A stretch of 64,000 bases of DNA, taken from NCBI GenBank assembly GCA_963514005.1, contig OY740784.1, positions 80,600,001-80,664,000 on the forward strand. The letters are read 5' to 3'. Below the pieces are notes generated by a model. The model saw only the letters and a program-made list of their open reading frames with translations, ran no database searches and had not been told where the DNA came from. Below are positions 12,161 to 26,330 of this stretch, in pieces. How positions within the stretch are numbered: the stretch's first letter is position 1; the number at the start of each line of letters is the position of its first letter. The DNA comes from Raja brachyura. Lineage: Eukaryota. The position numbers were made by a program, and so were the translations under genes.

Positions 12161-13944
12161 TTCAGTTTAGTTTAGTTTTGTTTAATTTATTGTCACATGT
12201 AACAAGGTACAGTGAATATTGTTTGTTGCATGCTAACCAGTCAGCAGAGAGAAATTACATCACAAAGACAATACTTTAGTCCAATAGACAATAGGTGCAG
12301 GTCCAGGGACAATTACGGATAGACAATGCATTCTATCGTTTCCAGTGATGTCTACATCCTGCCAATAAATTGAAAGACAAGCCTGTCCTGCCAGTTTCAC
12401 ATTCTGGTCTAAAATGTAATACTTAAATCACGAGTGTTCAAAAGGCTACAAACAAAAAATAAATAAGTCACAACTTACTCTGACATTAGCCAGAGTTATT
12501 GTGTTAAAGACCAGTAGCAGTCTAGGGAGCAAAGAACAAATTATTGAGAAACTTAACAGGTCAGGACGCATCTGTGCAGGCAAAAGGATTAACAATGTTT
12601 TATGTCGAGACCATGCATGCAGTGTAGGTAACTCCTCTACATCTTTATGCACGATGTGCCAAGTCATCATTTTCTCAGGCACTTGCTCAAAACACTAACA
12701 ACTAGCATATCTAACTTCCATTTCTCGTCCTAAACCAAAACATTAATTCCATACCTCCCTCCATAGTCGTTCCACACCTGAGCATTTCTGGCAGTCGCTT
12801 TTTTTTTATTATCGATGAGATATTACTACAGAAATTCAATGTGACATATTCGGAAGGGCATAATTCACAAATTACTCGTTCAGGAGGAGAATGTTCTGAG
12901 GAGGAATGACACTCCGGTCAGGTTACACTGTAGATATTATGACATCATAACTGTAGGTAATTTGTAATATATATAAACTCTTTTCCTGTAGTCTTCTGCA
13001 GGTAGCCAAATGGAACTATTTATACCAACCAATACTTTCAGAAGTACTGCTCCTTCTTTCAAGAGTGTTTCATTGTCATATGTCCCAGATAAAACAATTA
13101 AACTCTTACTTGCAGCAGCTCAACAGCACGTTTACCCCATTTTTCTTTACCCCATTTTCAATAGTTCAGCATGTTTTCCTACATCAATATATTTTAATAT
13201 TTTCCTCCAACCTCGCTTCCAGCATTCTTCTCTCCTACTACAATCAGTCTGAAGAAGGGTGCCAACCCAAAACATTGCCTATTCATATTCTCCAGAGATG
13301 CTGCCTGATCCACTGTGTTACTCCAGCATTTTAGTAACATTCTTTGTAAACAAGCATTTGCAGTTCTGTGTGTTAACATTGCAATATACCTAGCTCCGTC
13401 TTGAAGACATGTAATGATTTGGCCTCAAGTGTTTAGTGTGGGAGAGATTTCCATAGGTTCACCACTCTTTGGGGAATTGAATTTTCCCATCTCAGTCCTA
13501 CATGGCATATCCCTGATTGTTTGACTCCAACCCCTGGTGCTGGACCCTCTGGTCATCAGGGACAACCTTCTTGTATCTAGGCAGTTCAGTTTTGTTAGAA
13601 GACTGCTTGACCTTTACCAGATGTGTCCGCAGCAACCTGAACTCTGCACTCTCCTCCCTAAATCCTTAAGATCCAACTCTTAAGATCTACCTTGTGACCA
13701 CTAATTGGTTCCTCTGCATTGAAGCTCCTAGTCTGGCTCACTGACATTTTTTGTTTGCCTTCTGGTGCTTTGGGGCAACTTGTTGCATTAAAGAAAAGGT
13801 ACTCAAGAAATGCAAACTGAATCGGGTATCCCAGACACAAAGTACATTTCACTGAACCCAATCTCGAGAGTGAGCCTTGAGATATGGGAAAGCCAGCATG
13901 TTACATTGAGAATGCCAGCATTTGTTGCGCACCGCAAGGTTCCT

Positions 13945-14185
13945 TCATAACCGCATGGATTTTCACCGGGAGCTCCAGTTTCCTTCCACATTCCAAAGAC
14001 ATATAGGTTTGCAGGTTAATTGGCTTCGGTAAAAAAAAATGTAAATTGTCCCTGGTGTGTAGGATTGTGCTGGTGAATGGGGATCGCTGGTTTGCATGGA
14101 CTCAAAGGGCCAAAGGGTCTGTTTGGCCCTCTAATCCAAGCTAAACTAATCCAAGTTTAGCATCTCTAATCCAAGCTAAACTAAC
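13945..14185 (+). mobile_element. 5'-truncated HE1-like SINE
   Basis: gctccagtttccttccacattccaaagac...ggttaattggc...aagctaaactaa tail, shared with 5680-5970. Confidence 0.7.
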
Positions 14186-14429
14186 AAAAAATTGTAAGAA
14201 AGAGGCCAACATAATCGGGTCAAACAGGTTAAATTGACAATGTTAGTGGGTCAACAGTGCTGGTAAGACATTTGAATTGCCTTCACATCTGTTAGAAAGC
14301 AAAGGCAACTTTGGTCAAGATTCCAGCATCTCTTGCAGTTTCATCAAAATTACTGAAATAAACTGCAGATGCATGCGACTGCCACACAGTGGCAGGCATG
14401 CCACGGAATACATTTCCTTGCATTTCACA

Positions 14430-15090
14430 GCTATTCCATATCTCGACAGCTACCTCTCAATGAAGGGATACATTGATGCTAAATTCACCGCTGACTCCCA
14501 GCGAACCAGCACAGCCTTTTGGTTCCAAGGCAGAGAGCTCTGACCTCAAACATAGCGCCAAGTTCAGGGTCTTGCTAGGCAGCAGTGATCCCTGAGATAT
14601 GGACTACGCACAACAAAACTCAACGTCCTCAAAACACTTCAGAGGCACACTCAATGTGACCACATTTAGTCACCTCTAATGGACAGGACCTTAGCACCGA
14701 TACAAGAGTCCAGAACCATGAAACTCTGCACGAGGCCTTGTCAGGAGCAGGTCAATAGAGGAAATGATTGAAGGAAACTCTCAAGACCTCCACAGAAAGG
14801 TGAAGCAACCCTTTGTGACCTATGGCAACCTTTGGCCCATGTTAATTGATAGGGATGAAGGTTTCAATCTTCTCCACCTTCCCTGGAGAAGGTTCCCTGA
14901 GAGCCTTGAGCTATTTCATTGGGAGCTGATAGATATTCAGCAGAATTGCCAGCAGAAGCTCCACAGCACTGCCTCACTGTCCACTCCCACACCCCTTAAT
15001 CTCCATCCCACCCTCTCCTACTCCACTTGCGACAGTGAGCGGGACTCACACTGGCCTCCAACCAGCTTCCAACCCAGAGAATAGGTGTAA
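14430..15090 (+). mobile_element. Degenerate RTE-clade LINE fragment
   Basis: PYLDSYLSMKGYIDAK...STAF resembles the RTE RT C-terminal FxYLGS...ID.EI..R...AS.AF. Heavily decayed. Confidence 0.5.
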
Positions 15091-16529
15091 AAACAGCTCA
15101 CCGGCAACTCTGAGGTGCTGTCTGAGAATCCTTGTGACTAACTATAAAGGTGAACACAGGGTAAAAGAATTGCTATTCTTTTTACTCCTGCACCTGAAAT
15201 CCTGGACATGTTCAGAACCAGAGGCAAATGTAACAACATGGCATAACATTAAGGCAACAACACTGCAGAACTCTTCCCCACACAGCCCATTGCTTCCTGA
15301 TATTCTAGCTAGTTATCGAAACCAACAGTGCATGTGGCGCTTATACAAAATTAAACGTAGGCAAGGTTCTGTCCCCACAGAAACAAAAATAACTTGACTT
15401 GCATCATCTGTCTCTTTTTCTACAATTGGGATCAGACACAAAACGGTGGGCTGAAAGTTTAACACATCTATCCATCAAAGAAAGAGACTCACAGCATTAC
15501 TACAGAGAATGAAGATGGTCTTCATAAACCAAAGACAAGGCCAAGGCTTGATAATATGGCAGAGTGTAAAAAGGGCATCATCTCTTGACTGGGGGACATT
15601 CCAATTAAACTCCTGGCCACTAAATATCATAAAAGATGAATTGTGTAACGATAAACTTTCTGTGGATTTTCTTTGTGTCCTTGTCATAAATGTTAACAAG
15701 CTTAAAATTTTACACAAGTTTGTGGGATGATCTCAGAATAGAAATGGATCCTTGCTGTAGTAACTCAGCGGGTCTTGTTTTTTGTGTATTTTAGCATTCA
15801 TGTTATTGTTTCATTTTGCGCAGTCTTTTTGTAGAATCTACGTGTAATTTAGGTATAATTTATAGTTCTGTGAGTTGTCTGACTGTGTTTCTGTGATGCC
15901 TCTGCAAGAAAGATTCTCATTGTGTATCTGAACTTCACCATACTTGTGCAGGTGACAATAAACTCAACTTGTTTAGATAGTTGCATCATGACCACCTCTC
16001 TGTCTGACGACAGTGGTTTAAGAAGATGGCTCACCACACTTCCCCTCCAAAATAGGGCAGTAAAAGTCATGGAAGTAGAGTGTTCTGACAGGTACAGAGG
16101 AACATGAAAAGATGATTCAGCCTCTCGCGTTCAATGTACCATTCAAAACAAATACAGCTGGTTACAATCTTAATAAACAGCAAGTGGATTTAACATTCTT
16201 CTACAACACATGTTCCAATCCTTGTCTTTTCCATATGGGTTACTGCTATAAATTTCAAAAGAACATGTTTTTGAAAGGAGAAGGAAATTAGGGATAATCT
16301 CTTTCCGAGGACTGTGAACCTCTGTGGAAAGAGCCTTTCTGATTGATTCTGCTTTTTTCTGAGAAAGGGCTTCACTCAACATATGAGCCTGGCATCTGTC
16401 AAATGCAGCAGTCATTTTACTTGTCTTCCTGAAGAGATGCTAAACTGAGGTTGACCATCAAATGCCTTGAGTATAGTCAAGAGTGTTTAATTGTCATATG
16501 AACTGACAATGAAATTCTTACTTGCAGCA

Positions 16530-16800
16530 GCACCTCCCTGGCCACACTCTCATTTCACTTCTACCATCAGGAAGAAGGTATAATAATCTGAAAATTGCAA
16601 CCACCATGGTGAAGAACAGCTTCTTCCCAACAACTATCAGGCTCTTAAACACTACGCAACACTAACTGCAACTCAGAATTAAGAACTGTTGTTGGTCGAA
16701 TAATTTGTTGGGTTTTTTTGCACTTGTATTGGGGTTATTAAATTATTGATATTTTTATTTTATAGCCCATTATGCTTCTGGAAATAAGAATTTCATTGAT
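16530..16800 (+). mobile_element. Rex1/Babar-type LINE 3' end
   Basis: Encodes HLPGHTLISLLPSGRRYNNLKIATTMVKNSFFPTTIRLLN, the typical C-terminal motif (LLPSGRRY...NSFFP..IRLLN). Confidence 0.7.
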
Positions 16801-18539
16801 CCGTTGTTGGTAATTTCCTGTACCAGTATTTAGGTTTGTATTCCTCTAAGTCTCAATTCTTCTTCAGTATTGTGAAAATGTTTGCCTCCACCAGTGCATC
16901 CTCAGATCCCTTTTATCTCTTTAATCCCAATGTCCTCTAGCTTTGGACATCTCAGTTGTGGAGAGAAGTGTACGACTCTCTACCCTATCCATGCCCCTCA
17001 CTACTTTGTACACTTCTATTAAGTCCCTCCTTGGCTTCAGTTACTGCAAAGAAAACAAACCCATCTTATCCAGTCTTTCCTCCCTCTCAGGATGGCCATC
17101 GCAAAACCATTATTTTGAAGAACGTGGTATGTTTTCTTCGAGATTTGGGTCATCAATAATCCCTCAACCAACTAGAAAAAAAGTTGACAGTCTGGCCTCT
17201 TTTACACCACTGTTGTGAGAGCCTGCTGTGCACAAAATGGCTGCCACTCTTCCAACATCGTGAAGCTAGACTAGAAAAGTACTTTGAATTCACAAGGAAC
17301 TGCAGATGCTGGTTTGCAAAAAGACACACACAGTGCTGGAGTAACTCAGTGGGTTAGACAGCATCTCAGGAGAACATGGATAGGTGAGATGAGGAGAGAA
17401 GTGGTTTGAATTGTGAAGCCAGAGGAAGGCCTTCATTATCTACAAAGCACTGAGATAACCCGAATACAAGAGAGTCAAAATAGAAATGCAATAAGTTTAA
17501 AACTGTTCTTCTTCTGTGACTATTACTGCTTTTAATATTTCTTAACTATCACTGTATGGGTGGGGTCCATTAAAACTGAAACCTCTTTTTTAAGGAAGAT
17601 TGTAATTTTTAAAGTTATTGTAATTAATCCACTCAAAAAAATGTAATAACAATGTCAAAGTGGCTAAGCTTGTCTTCATTTGGTTTCTCTTGTAAGAAAG
17701 GTTGAAGTAAATAAAGCACAAGTTTTAAGAGACGACAGGAAGAGGTCGGTTTAGTTCTGCAGGGATCTGAACAAAGTGAATAGCTGTCTGTTTTATAAAG
17801 CCATGTGCCAACATGTCTAAGACTTGCTTGAAGCACAGTTGTATCTGACTGCTGATTACCACTGCTTGTCAGAAGAATGAGAACAATCCCCGTTCTGATC
17901 TACACCAGGCACTCCCTAACTATTTACGCTAATGCACTGGCAGAATAAATCAAAAGCCTTCATACAAAGCACAAAACATAACTTGCGGGAGGAGAGAAGC
18001 CACATGATCACAAACTCCAAAACCCACAGAGAGCACTGGAGGTCAGGATTGAACCTGGGATACTGGCACTGTGAGGCAATGGCTTTACCAGCTGTACTGT
18101 GCAAGACAAATGTTAAGTTGGTATTTGGTGCAATATAATTGAGGAGTTAGATCTTCTGATATAAGACTGAATTCCAACCTCTACCAAGCTTTGATAAACA
18201 AACATGTTAATAAACAGAAGTGTTCAGACCCAAAACATCATCTATCCATTCACTCCACAGATGCTGCCCGACTCACTGCGATCCTCCAACATTATGTGTT
18301 TTGCTCAAGATTCCAGCCTCTGCAGTTGCTTGTGTCTCCCTGTTTATGAACTAACAACTTAACCACAACCCTACCTTGGTACCAAACTATGATATACTTT
18401 GCAATGAGGTTGCCCTATATACTTTGGCTTCCGCTAGCAGCATCTGGTTTACATAGAATAAGTGATCATTTATTGTATCTTAATTTATTGTCTATTTGCA
18501 TTTAATGTGCTTGTACAACTGCAGTGAGTAAAAATTAGG

Positions 18540-18638
18540 GGGTTACACAAAATGCTGGAGAAACTCAGCGGGTGCAGCAGCATCTATGGACTGAAGGAGA
18601 TAGGCAACGTTTCGGGCCGAAACCCTTCTTCAGACTGA
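18540..18638 (-). mobile_element. PLE-derived short repeat with hammerhead-like core
   Basis: Minus strand reads tcagtCTGAAGAagggtttcggcccGAAACgttgcc. A nearly identical copy is at 40498-40622. Confidence 0.7.
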
Positions 18639-19464
18639 ACTATAGTGTAAGAATTATATTGTTTCGGACCCGGTGCATATGACAAATAAACACTCTTAAA
18701 CTCTCCCTGGAACTATTATTGCAGGGGATGTAAATAATCCTCTTAACCATCAGAGCAATTCCCTGGAGAACTGAGGCAGTTTGAGAAATGTGAACCTAAG
18801 GTCACAATCCTTCAATTTGGAATGCTAGCCGTGCTTTCATGGCTGCTCACCACTGATCTTATGGATAATCTTTCACTGTGGGTGTCATTACACTAAATAC
18901 TTAGCCCATTTTACAATCTAATTGAGCTCAAAAGCAAATTTGTGACATTTTCCTACAGTGCCTTTCAGATGAGCAACTAAACAAAGTGTGTCGTTTGTCT
19001 GGGGTGAACATGCAATGATCCCGCCGTACGGATTGATAAAAGTGCGAGGATGGAGGATTAATTCCAGAAAAGAATGGGAGTGGTGGATTATCAATACCAA
19101 TAATCCTCCTGAAATTTGACTCCCTATACCTGCTTTCAATAATTTATGTAATACGAATGCCATTTCCTTGTTAAAATGCCTAGAACCTATGTTTCCAGGC
19201 TCCCTCACAGCCACCCACATTTATTTAAGCCAATTTAAAACTAAATAGCTAGCAGAAGTCAGGTCTCCAAGGTGAGAGGTGTGCTGTTAATACAGGGTTA
19301 TCACAATGGTGATATTCCTGGGGTATTTAGTCACACTAGCCTCCTACTGCCCTACACGCTCAAATTTTCTACCAGTTTCCAATATCTCACAAACGACATG
19401 CGTCAATAGTTAAACAAACATAAATGTTAGAATGGAATTCTGTCTCATTCAGTAAGAACACAGG

Positions 19465-19725
19465 TAGCACGGTGGCAGAGTTGCTGCCTTACAGCACCAG
19501 GGACCCAGGTTCGACCCCGACAACGGTGCTGCCTGTACCGAGTTTGTACGTTCTCCTCGTTACCATGTGGATTTTCCCCGGTTTCCTCCCACACTCCAAA
19601 GAGGCTAGTTGGCTTGTAAATTATCCCTAGTGTGTGTAGGTTTGTATTAATGTGCGGGATCACTGGTCGGTCCGGTCCTGGTGGGTCGAAGAGCCTGTTT
19701 CTATGCTGTAGCACTAGAACTAAAA
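19465..19725 (+). mobile_element. HE1-like SINE
   Basis: gcacggtggcagagttgctgccttacagcaccagggacccaggttcgacccc head, V-like core, gcctgtttcta tail. Confidence 0.8.
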
Positions 19726-20549
19726 ACACAGAGGATCCTATTTCTATTCGCTACTTTCCTTCCTGATTCTCGGAGTGCTCATAGTCCACTGATCTCAGTC
19801 CCCAAGACACTCAAAATCCAACTCGTTCAACCCTTGGGAGAGAATTTTGGTTAAAAGTTCCAAAGACTCACAACCACCTGGGGAAATATTTTTTTCCCTT
19901 CTCAGGTAAAAATGGCTTACCTCTTATCCTGGTGCTCTGTCCCCAGTCTTGGATCATTCAGTATCTCAGCATCAAACCTTTGTCCAGAATCTTGTTTGTC
20001 TCACTGGGAAATCTCGGTTCTTCCAAACTCCAAAGCGCATTGACTAATCTCACCCAAAATGCACGACAGCATTCTTTTCAAACTTACACACGGCAAGAAA
20101 CATGTGCTTGATCCAAGAGCCTTCAGGATGCTTCGGGGGAGGTTAAACGTAGCTCATGCACATCCATTCAATCTGATACCCTTCCCCACCCCGCCCTACT
20201 AAGGGAATTATGTCAAAATAAAATCAATGGTTCTTCCACGTAGATCATGGCTGATCTGAACCCACTTTAGTCTCAAAACCAGAAATAACCTTATTTATCA
20301 TCCAGTTACAAATTGCTATTTTCCTGTTTGGGACTAAGTGATATTACAGAGAAGTGAATATAAAAGGACATTTAGAATGGAAATGCAACAACACATCAAA
20401 GGTCAAAATGACCTTAATACTCCAATTTTTAGCTGGAGTGAAAGGCAGCATCACATTGATCGGACTCACCTGTTTGACACAGATCTTGTGTTCTAGGCAT
20501 CCCACAAGTATACAAATTATGTGCATTCAATGCAACAGATCTCTATTAT

Positions 20550-21065
20550 AAGATACAAGGAACTGTAGAGCCTGGTTTACAAAAAAGACTCAAAGCGCTG
20601 GAGTAACTTAGCGGGTCAGGCAGCTCCTCTGGAGACCATGAATAGATGATATTTTGGGTTGGGACTCTTCTTCAAACTGATTGTGGTGGGGGTGGGGAAA
20701 GCTGCAAGGGAGGAGGGGTAGGACAAAGTCTGGCGAGTGATGGGTGGATACAGCTGAATGGGGGGGGGGGGGAGGGAGAGGCAGACGGTTGACAAAGGCC
20801 AGAATTGAAAAGACAAAGAGTGATGTAAGGATAGAAGATGTGGAATAAAGATAGATGTGAAGCCAAGAAGCGGAGGCTGAGGGGAGAAATGGGTGCTAGT
20901 CCAGGTGAGGTAGGGGGATGAGGGGAAGAAAAAAAGGGTTGTTTTGTAGATTAGTTACCTAAAACTGGAGAATTCAATGTTCATACCATTAGGTTGTAAT
21001 CTACTCAAGCAGAACGTGGGGTGCTGTTCCTCCAGTTTGCATGTGGCTTCATTCTGACAATGGAC
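20550..21065 (-). mobile_element. Penelope-like retroelement 3' fragment (GIY-YIG ORF end, pyrimidine-rich UTR, hammerhead-like terminal repeat)
   Basis: Minus strand 21062-20955 reads HCQNEATCKLEEQHPTFCLSRLQPNGMNIEFSSFR*, matching PLE endonuclease C-termini (R.LEEQHLIFRLG.LQP.G.N). It is followed by a C/T-rich tract and the short repeat seen throughout the window. Confidence 0.75.
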
Positions 21066-23696
21066 CACTTTTATGCTTTGTTTAAGTTACAGAGCTTCCT
21101 TGTGTCTTGCTGTGTGTGAGACCACAACTCATCAACATCAGAAGAGGCATATTGCAGAAGACAGGGACTTAACTCACACCAGTGATGGTTACAGCATTTT
21201 TATACTTTCTCTTAACTCTTTGAGCAGTTGCCTGTAAATCATCTTTTACAACATTAAGTAGACAGCAAGAGATCTCAGCACAAATAATTTTATTCATTTC
21301 AAAGAATACATCCTAATTGAAAGATTCTCAGTGACAAATAAATGGACAATTCGCCAAGATTCACTAGTTTGTTTAGTTTATTATTGCCACGTGTACCGAG
21401 GTGCAGTAAAAAGCTTTTTGTTGCATGCTATCCAGTCAGCAAAAAGACTTCTCATGCTTACAATCAAGCCATTCAAGTGGTACATATACAGGATAGAGGG
21501 TATAAGGTTTAGTGGAAAATAAAGTCTGATTAAAGATTGTCCAAAGGTTTCCAACAGCTGGGAAGAAACTGTCCCTGAATCTGGAGGTATGCGTTTTCAA
21601 ACTTCTATAGCACAGTTAGTGTAAGAAACTGTTTAAATAAATATTTAAAAGAGTGGAGTGATTGTAATGTATGGTAGCAGATCCACTTCTGGGACCGGTA
21701 TGGAAAGGATCGGTGCCATCTTAGTCTAAACTAACTAGACATGGCTGTTTTGGCTGTTTTATACTCCTTCACGTGATGGTGGATAGAACCTGCAAGATGA
21801 ACATCTGGCTTAAGCTACAATAATACAAATTGGTTTATTGTTCCATTTCAAGTATTTAAGAGACAACCACATTATTGTGGAGGAAGGAACTGCAGATGCT
21901 GGTTTACACCGAAGGTAGACACAAAATGCTGGAGTAACTCAGCGGGACAGGCAGCATCTCTGGGGAGAATGAATAGGAGAAGTTTCAAGACCCTTCTTCA
22001 GACATTATTTAAGGCCATTCGTGAACCAAGTCAGTTTCTAAAACAAGTGAGTAGTTTCCCGTTCATTTTCACAAAGACTTCATATTTTCTTGAATTGCAG
22101 ATATACCTAATGGCTTGAATTTAAATTTGTCTGCTACATTGCATATCTCTGGATTATCTGCTTCAATTGCTACGTTACCATGCCGATGAGGGATTACTGG
22201 GTTACAGGCCACTATCTATGAGCAGCTTTGATGAACTGAATTGGCATGAATAGGAGGAATGTCCTAAGAAAGCCAATAGAAACATAGAAACATAGAAAAT
22301 AGGTGCAGGAGGAGGCCCTTCGAGCCAGCACCGCAATTCATTGTCATCATGGCTGATCGTCCCCAATCAATAACCCGTGCCTATAGAAGCAGAAAATAGG
22401 AGTATAGAATATAGAATAGAAATAGGTCATCTAGCTCTTCTTTCTTTCTTTCTCTCTTTCCTACATTCAGTCTGATGAAGGGTCTCGACTCAAAATCTCT
22501 GGAGAAAAAGGATGGGTGCTGTTTTGGGTCGGGACCCTCCTTCAGTTACTGAGTTACTCCTGCACTTTGTGTCTATCTTTGATATAATTCAACATCTGCA
22601 GTTCTTTGTTTCTATCTCTTCCTCTCTGGTGAATATGGTTCTCGAACTAGCCAAAGCATCCTATATATACTACTATTCGCCTTTACACTGAGAACAATAA
22701 ATCAGTTAGAAAACATTTTCACCCAATCTTGGAATGTTCTGCTGTTCTTCACACATACTGCATTATATTTTGGAAATGTATTCACTGTGGTAATGTAGAA
22801 AACATAGCAGCCTATTTGCACAGAGTGAATTCTGAATAAACCAATAACTTTGTTTTAGTACTTCTGGCTCAGTGATAATTGTTGATGAGCATAAATCTTC
22901 AAACAGTGTGATTAAGGCTTCAGCACTCACCTGAGGGACTATTGTCCAAAGACAGCACATGTGACAATGCAGTCTTAGCACTCGGATGACTTCACCAAGC
23001 ATCCGGAGTAGGGCTTGAACCCACAACATTTAGGAACAAGATCAGGCATTGAAAAAGGGACAAGATTGAGCCAAATTTAAGTCCTGGAATTTGCAGTGCA
23101 GTGTAGGTAGTGGTGGCAGTTCTACAAATTTTTTTTCCCACAAAGAGATAATAATGATAATAATAATTAGATAATCTAATTCAAACAAAATTATTGATGA
23201 CTTATAAGTCCTGAGACTCTGAAGTTCCAAATGGGCCTGGGGAAAAGGGTCACGGTAAAAATAAATCTAAGGTGCCAGTCTACCTTGTCACAGAAGTGTG
23301 AATGTGTTCTTTATAGTGGACAATCTGACATCAAAAGTCAGATATGACGCATATAGTCGTGGAATGTATACTTCAAACATGCACACACAAGCACAAATGC
23401 ACATGTGGTCACACTTAGGCACGTGTACACGCACGCACACACTTAGTAGTGGTTAAGTCTAAGTTAGACTAATGTACCCAATTAACCGTAGTTTACATTT
23501 TATTTTTAGAAAAGGTACTGAAGCCACATTGGTAATGTAACAGATCCCGTTACATCACATTGATAACCAGCAGGATACAGTTATATAGTTATAGTTCTGG
23601 TGTGTGCTGTTAATTTTCAGCTGAGAAAGAAAATGTTGTAATAAAGATATCTTTGAAACAATACATTTTGAAAATATTTCAGAAATTACTATTCAT

Positions 23697-23708
23697 TTTA
23701 TTTTTATT
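23697..23708 (-). terminator. Tandem AATAAA polyadenylation signal candidate for the read-through Golli isoform
   Basis: Minus strand reads ...gtgcagtcAATAAAAATAAAatg... in unique AT-rich sequence about 5.7 kb after the VSSEG stop. Other AATAAA hexamers lie closer, so this assignment is tentative. Confidence 0.3.
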
Positions 23709-25619
23709 GACTGCACACAAGCAAATGCCAAACATATGATCAATGTACACAGCATTCCATGGATTCAGATAATTTGATGTGAGAATTTCCTACTGAATTT
23801 TTCATCAGTAAGATTGAACAATGTCCACTCTTCCCACCTATCCTCCCCTTCCAAAGCCTGAGGAAAATTCTCAACTGACCTGAGATCCGGCTGCTGGCTA
23901 TCTTTCAGCAACCAGTTACAGACGACCAGGACACAAGCTTATAACACAGAGCTCTGGTCATCTGTTTTCATGGCCACAGTGGTTATAACAAGAAATCCAA
24001 AAAATGGGAATTGAAGAACAACAATTTTATACCCCTAAAGGATGGCACTAATAATCAATCCAGTTTTGTGCCCAAAGCATCATGGTTAGGTGGGGTCAAG
24101 GAAAGAGCGTTCACTTCGCAGCCCTCTTTCCACCAATCTTTCCACCACCACGCACAAGACAGACACCATTGTATGCAGATGCCAAGAAGTATATTCAGCT
24201 CTGGCTGAACAACGTTAATCCTGTGTGTGGACTCGATAAGAAGAAGATCATGGTTAGGTCACTAATTCTATCAGCATTCCCCCTCCCAATTTTTAATGAG
24301 CAGATCTTGCTTGGATATACAGCAGTTTGTACTCTGTACTCTGTCACACTGTATGAATGAATGTGTCTGATCTCTCTATGCAAGGATATAAATCTTTAAA
24401 TACTAATCATCTCCTGAAATTCATCAGATCATGAGGGCAAGCTTATCTACTGAACATTGATAAAAAATAAAGATTGATCACATTTACACAGTCATGCATT
24501 AAATGACACTCATGTAGAGATTATTCGATTTATTTTTGACATTCATCTTTGAAGGGAAAAGAATACTTCAGAATACTTATGTTCATTGGGCTTTCTGTAC
24601 AGATTAAGTTACAAAGATCAGAAAGGCAACCAACTTGTCATTTGATTGAGATCCATGTTTATGTCATGTTCATTCTGAATGGTCATGCCCATATTATGGA
24701 TATTGTTGGTCTCTGCTTTATTTAGGGTTGGAATTAATATTTATCTGCATCTGCACAGCCCCTCTCTTAGAGTCGTATCTTCAAACCCAACTCAGCCAGT
24801 TCCTCTTCTCTTCCCTCTCAATAATAAAAGTCAATAATGCCCATTGATAACCCGTTAAAAAATCATGCAATACCTTGTGTCCATGATTCTTGATCTAACC
24901 CAGCACGAGATGCAGCTGAAAGCTCACAAACTGAATGATGAATAAGCCAGGATTGGTAGCAGTGGCTGTTCTATGGGCAGTGTTATTGTTAAGGATGGGA
25001 AAATGGAGTAGAGTAATGAAGGGGAGCATGTTCAGTGGAGAACAACACTTCAGTTATTGGCTTCCATTTGAATAGAGTTGTGGCCAAATAACTTGCATTT
25101 ATATAGCACCTTTCACAACCCAAGGGCATCCAACACGATTTACACACAATGTAGTAAAGTTATGTTTAATTTAAAATTTACCTTCACAGCATTACTTTTG
25201 CAATGGAATAAAGAGACTAGAATTATGCAGGGGCAAAAAAACAGGGTCAGATTAGTGAGGAGGTTACAATAAAAGACCAGGAAGAAGGGCGAGGATGGGA
25301 GGGGAGGTGCTAGCGAGCATTCTCTGGCACATTGGGAGTCTTTTATCGGGTAGGGTGGAGTGACAAGGCAGCGAGCCAAGGTGTTTGAGGGCACCAATTC
25401 TGAATTAAGCAGTTAAGCTGCTTTGATGCCCAAATAAAACTAAGAGCACCCAATGATAACGATTTAATGAAGTGCAGACACCAGGCAGGTGATACCGTTG
25501 CTGCACCTCTCGAGTCACCGCAAACTCACACCCACAGCAGAAGGCACGGTACAGCATCATTACTACACCCAATCTATAAGACTCCAGGAGATTAACAGCA
25601 GCCATTTAATCAGCATGAT

Positions 25620-25970
25620 AATAGACAATCGACAATAGGTGCAGGAGTAGGCCATTTGGCCCTTCGAGCCAGCACCGCCATTCAATGTGATCATGGCTGA
25701 TTATCTCCAATCAGTACCCCGTTCCTGCCTTCTCCCCATATCCCCGAACTCCGCTATTTTTAAGAGCTCTATCTAGCTCTCTCTAGAAAGCATCCAGAGA
25801 ACCTGCCTCCACCACCTTCTGAGGCAGGGAATTCCACAGACTCACCACTCTCTGTGTGAAAAAGTGTTTCCTCATCTCCGTTCTAAATGGCTTGTTCCTT
25901 ATTCTTAAACTATGGCCCCTGGTTTTGGACTCCCCCAACATTGGGAACATGTTTCCTGCCTCTAGTGATC
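25620..25970 (-). mobile_element. CR1 LINE 3' end
   Basis: Reverse-complement similarity to 59215-59640, including the cgaagggcc.aatggcctactcctgcacct tail. Confidence 0.85.
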
Positions 25971-26109
25971 CTGATCATTTTATCCAAATGTACCTTTTCC
26001 ATATTTCTTTATGACAAAGGAGATTGAATCCCCATGCCTCAAAAGCAATCCTAACCTGCCACTATTTTTTCCTGTATCCTGTCCTCACCATTACCATCTA
26101 TTCTCTCCA

Positions 26110-26330
26110 GATTCTACCCCACACTTACACACTAGAGGCAATTTACAGCAACCAATTAACTGACTGACCCACAAGTATTTGGGACTTGGGAGGAAAACGG
26201 AGCATCCAGGGGAAATATACGCCGCCAGAGGGAGAACGTGCAAACCCCACACAGACAACACCTGCAGCAAGTTGAACCTGGGTTGCTACCACAGTGAGAC
26301 CGCAGTTGTTAATTGTGCCGCTGTGCCACC
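26110..26330 (-). mobile_element. HE1-like SINE, degenerate
   Basis: ggagaacgtgcaaaccccacacagaca...gaacctggg...gctgtgccacc is the reverse complement of the SINE head and core. Confidence 0.7.
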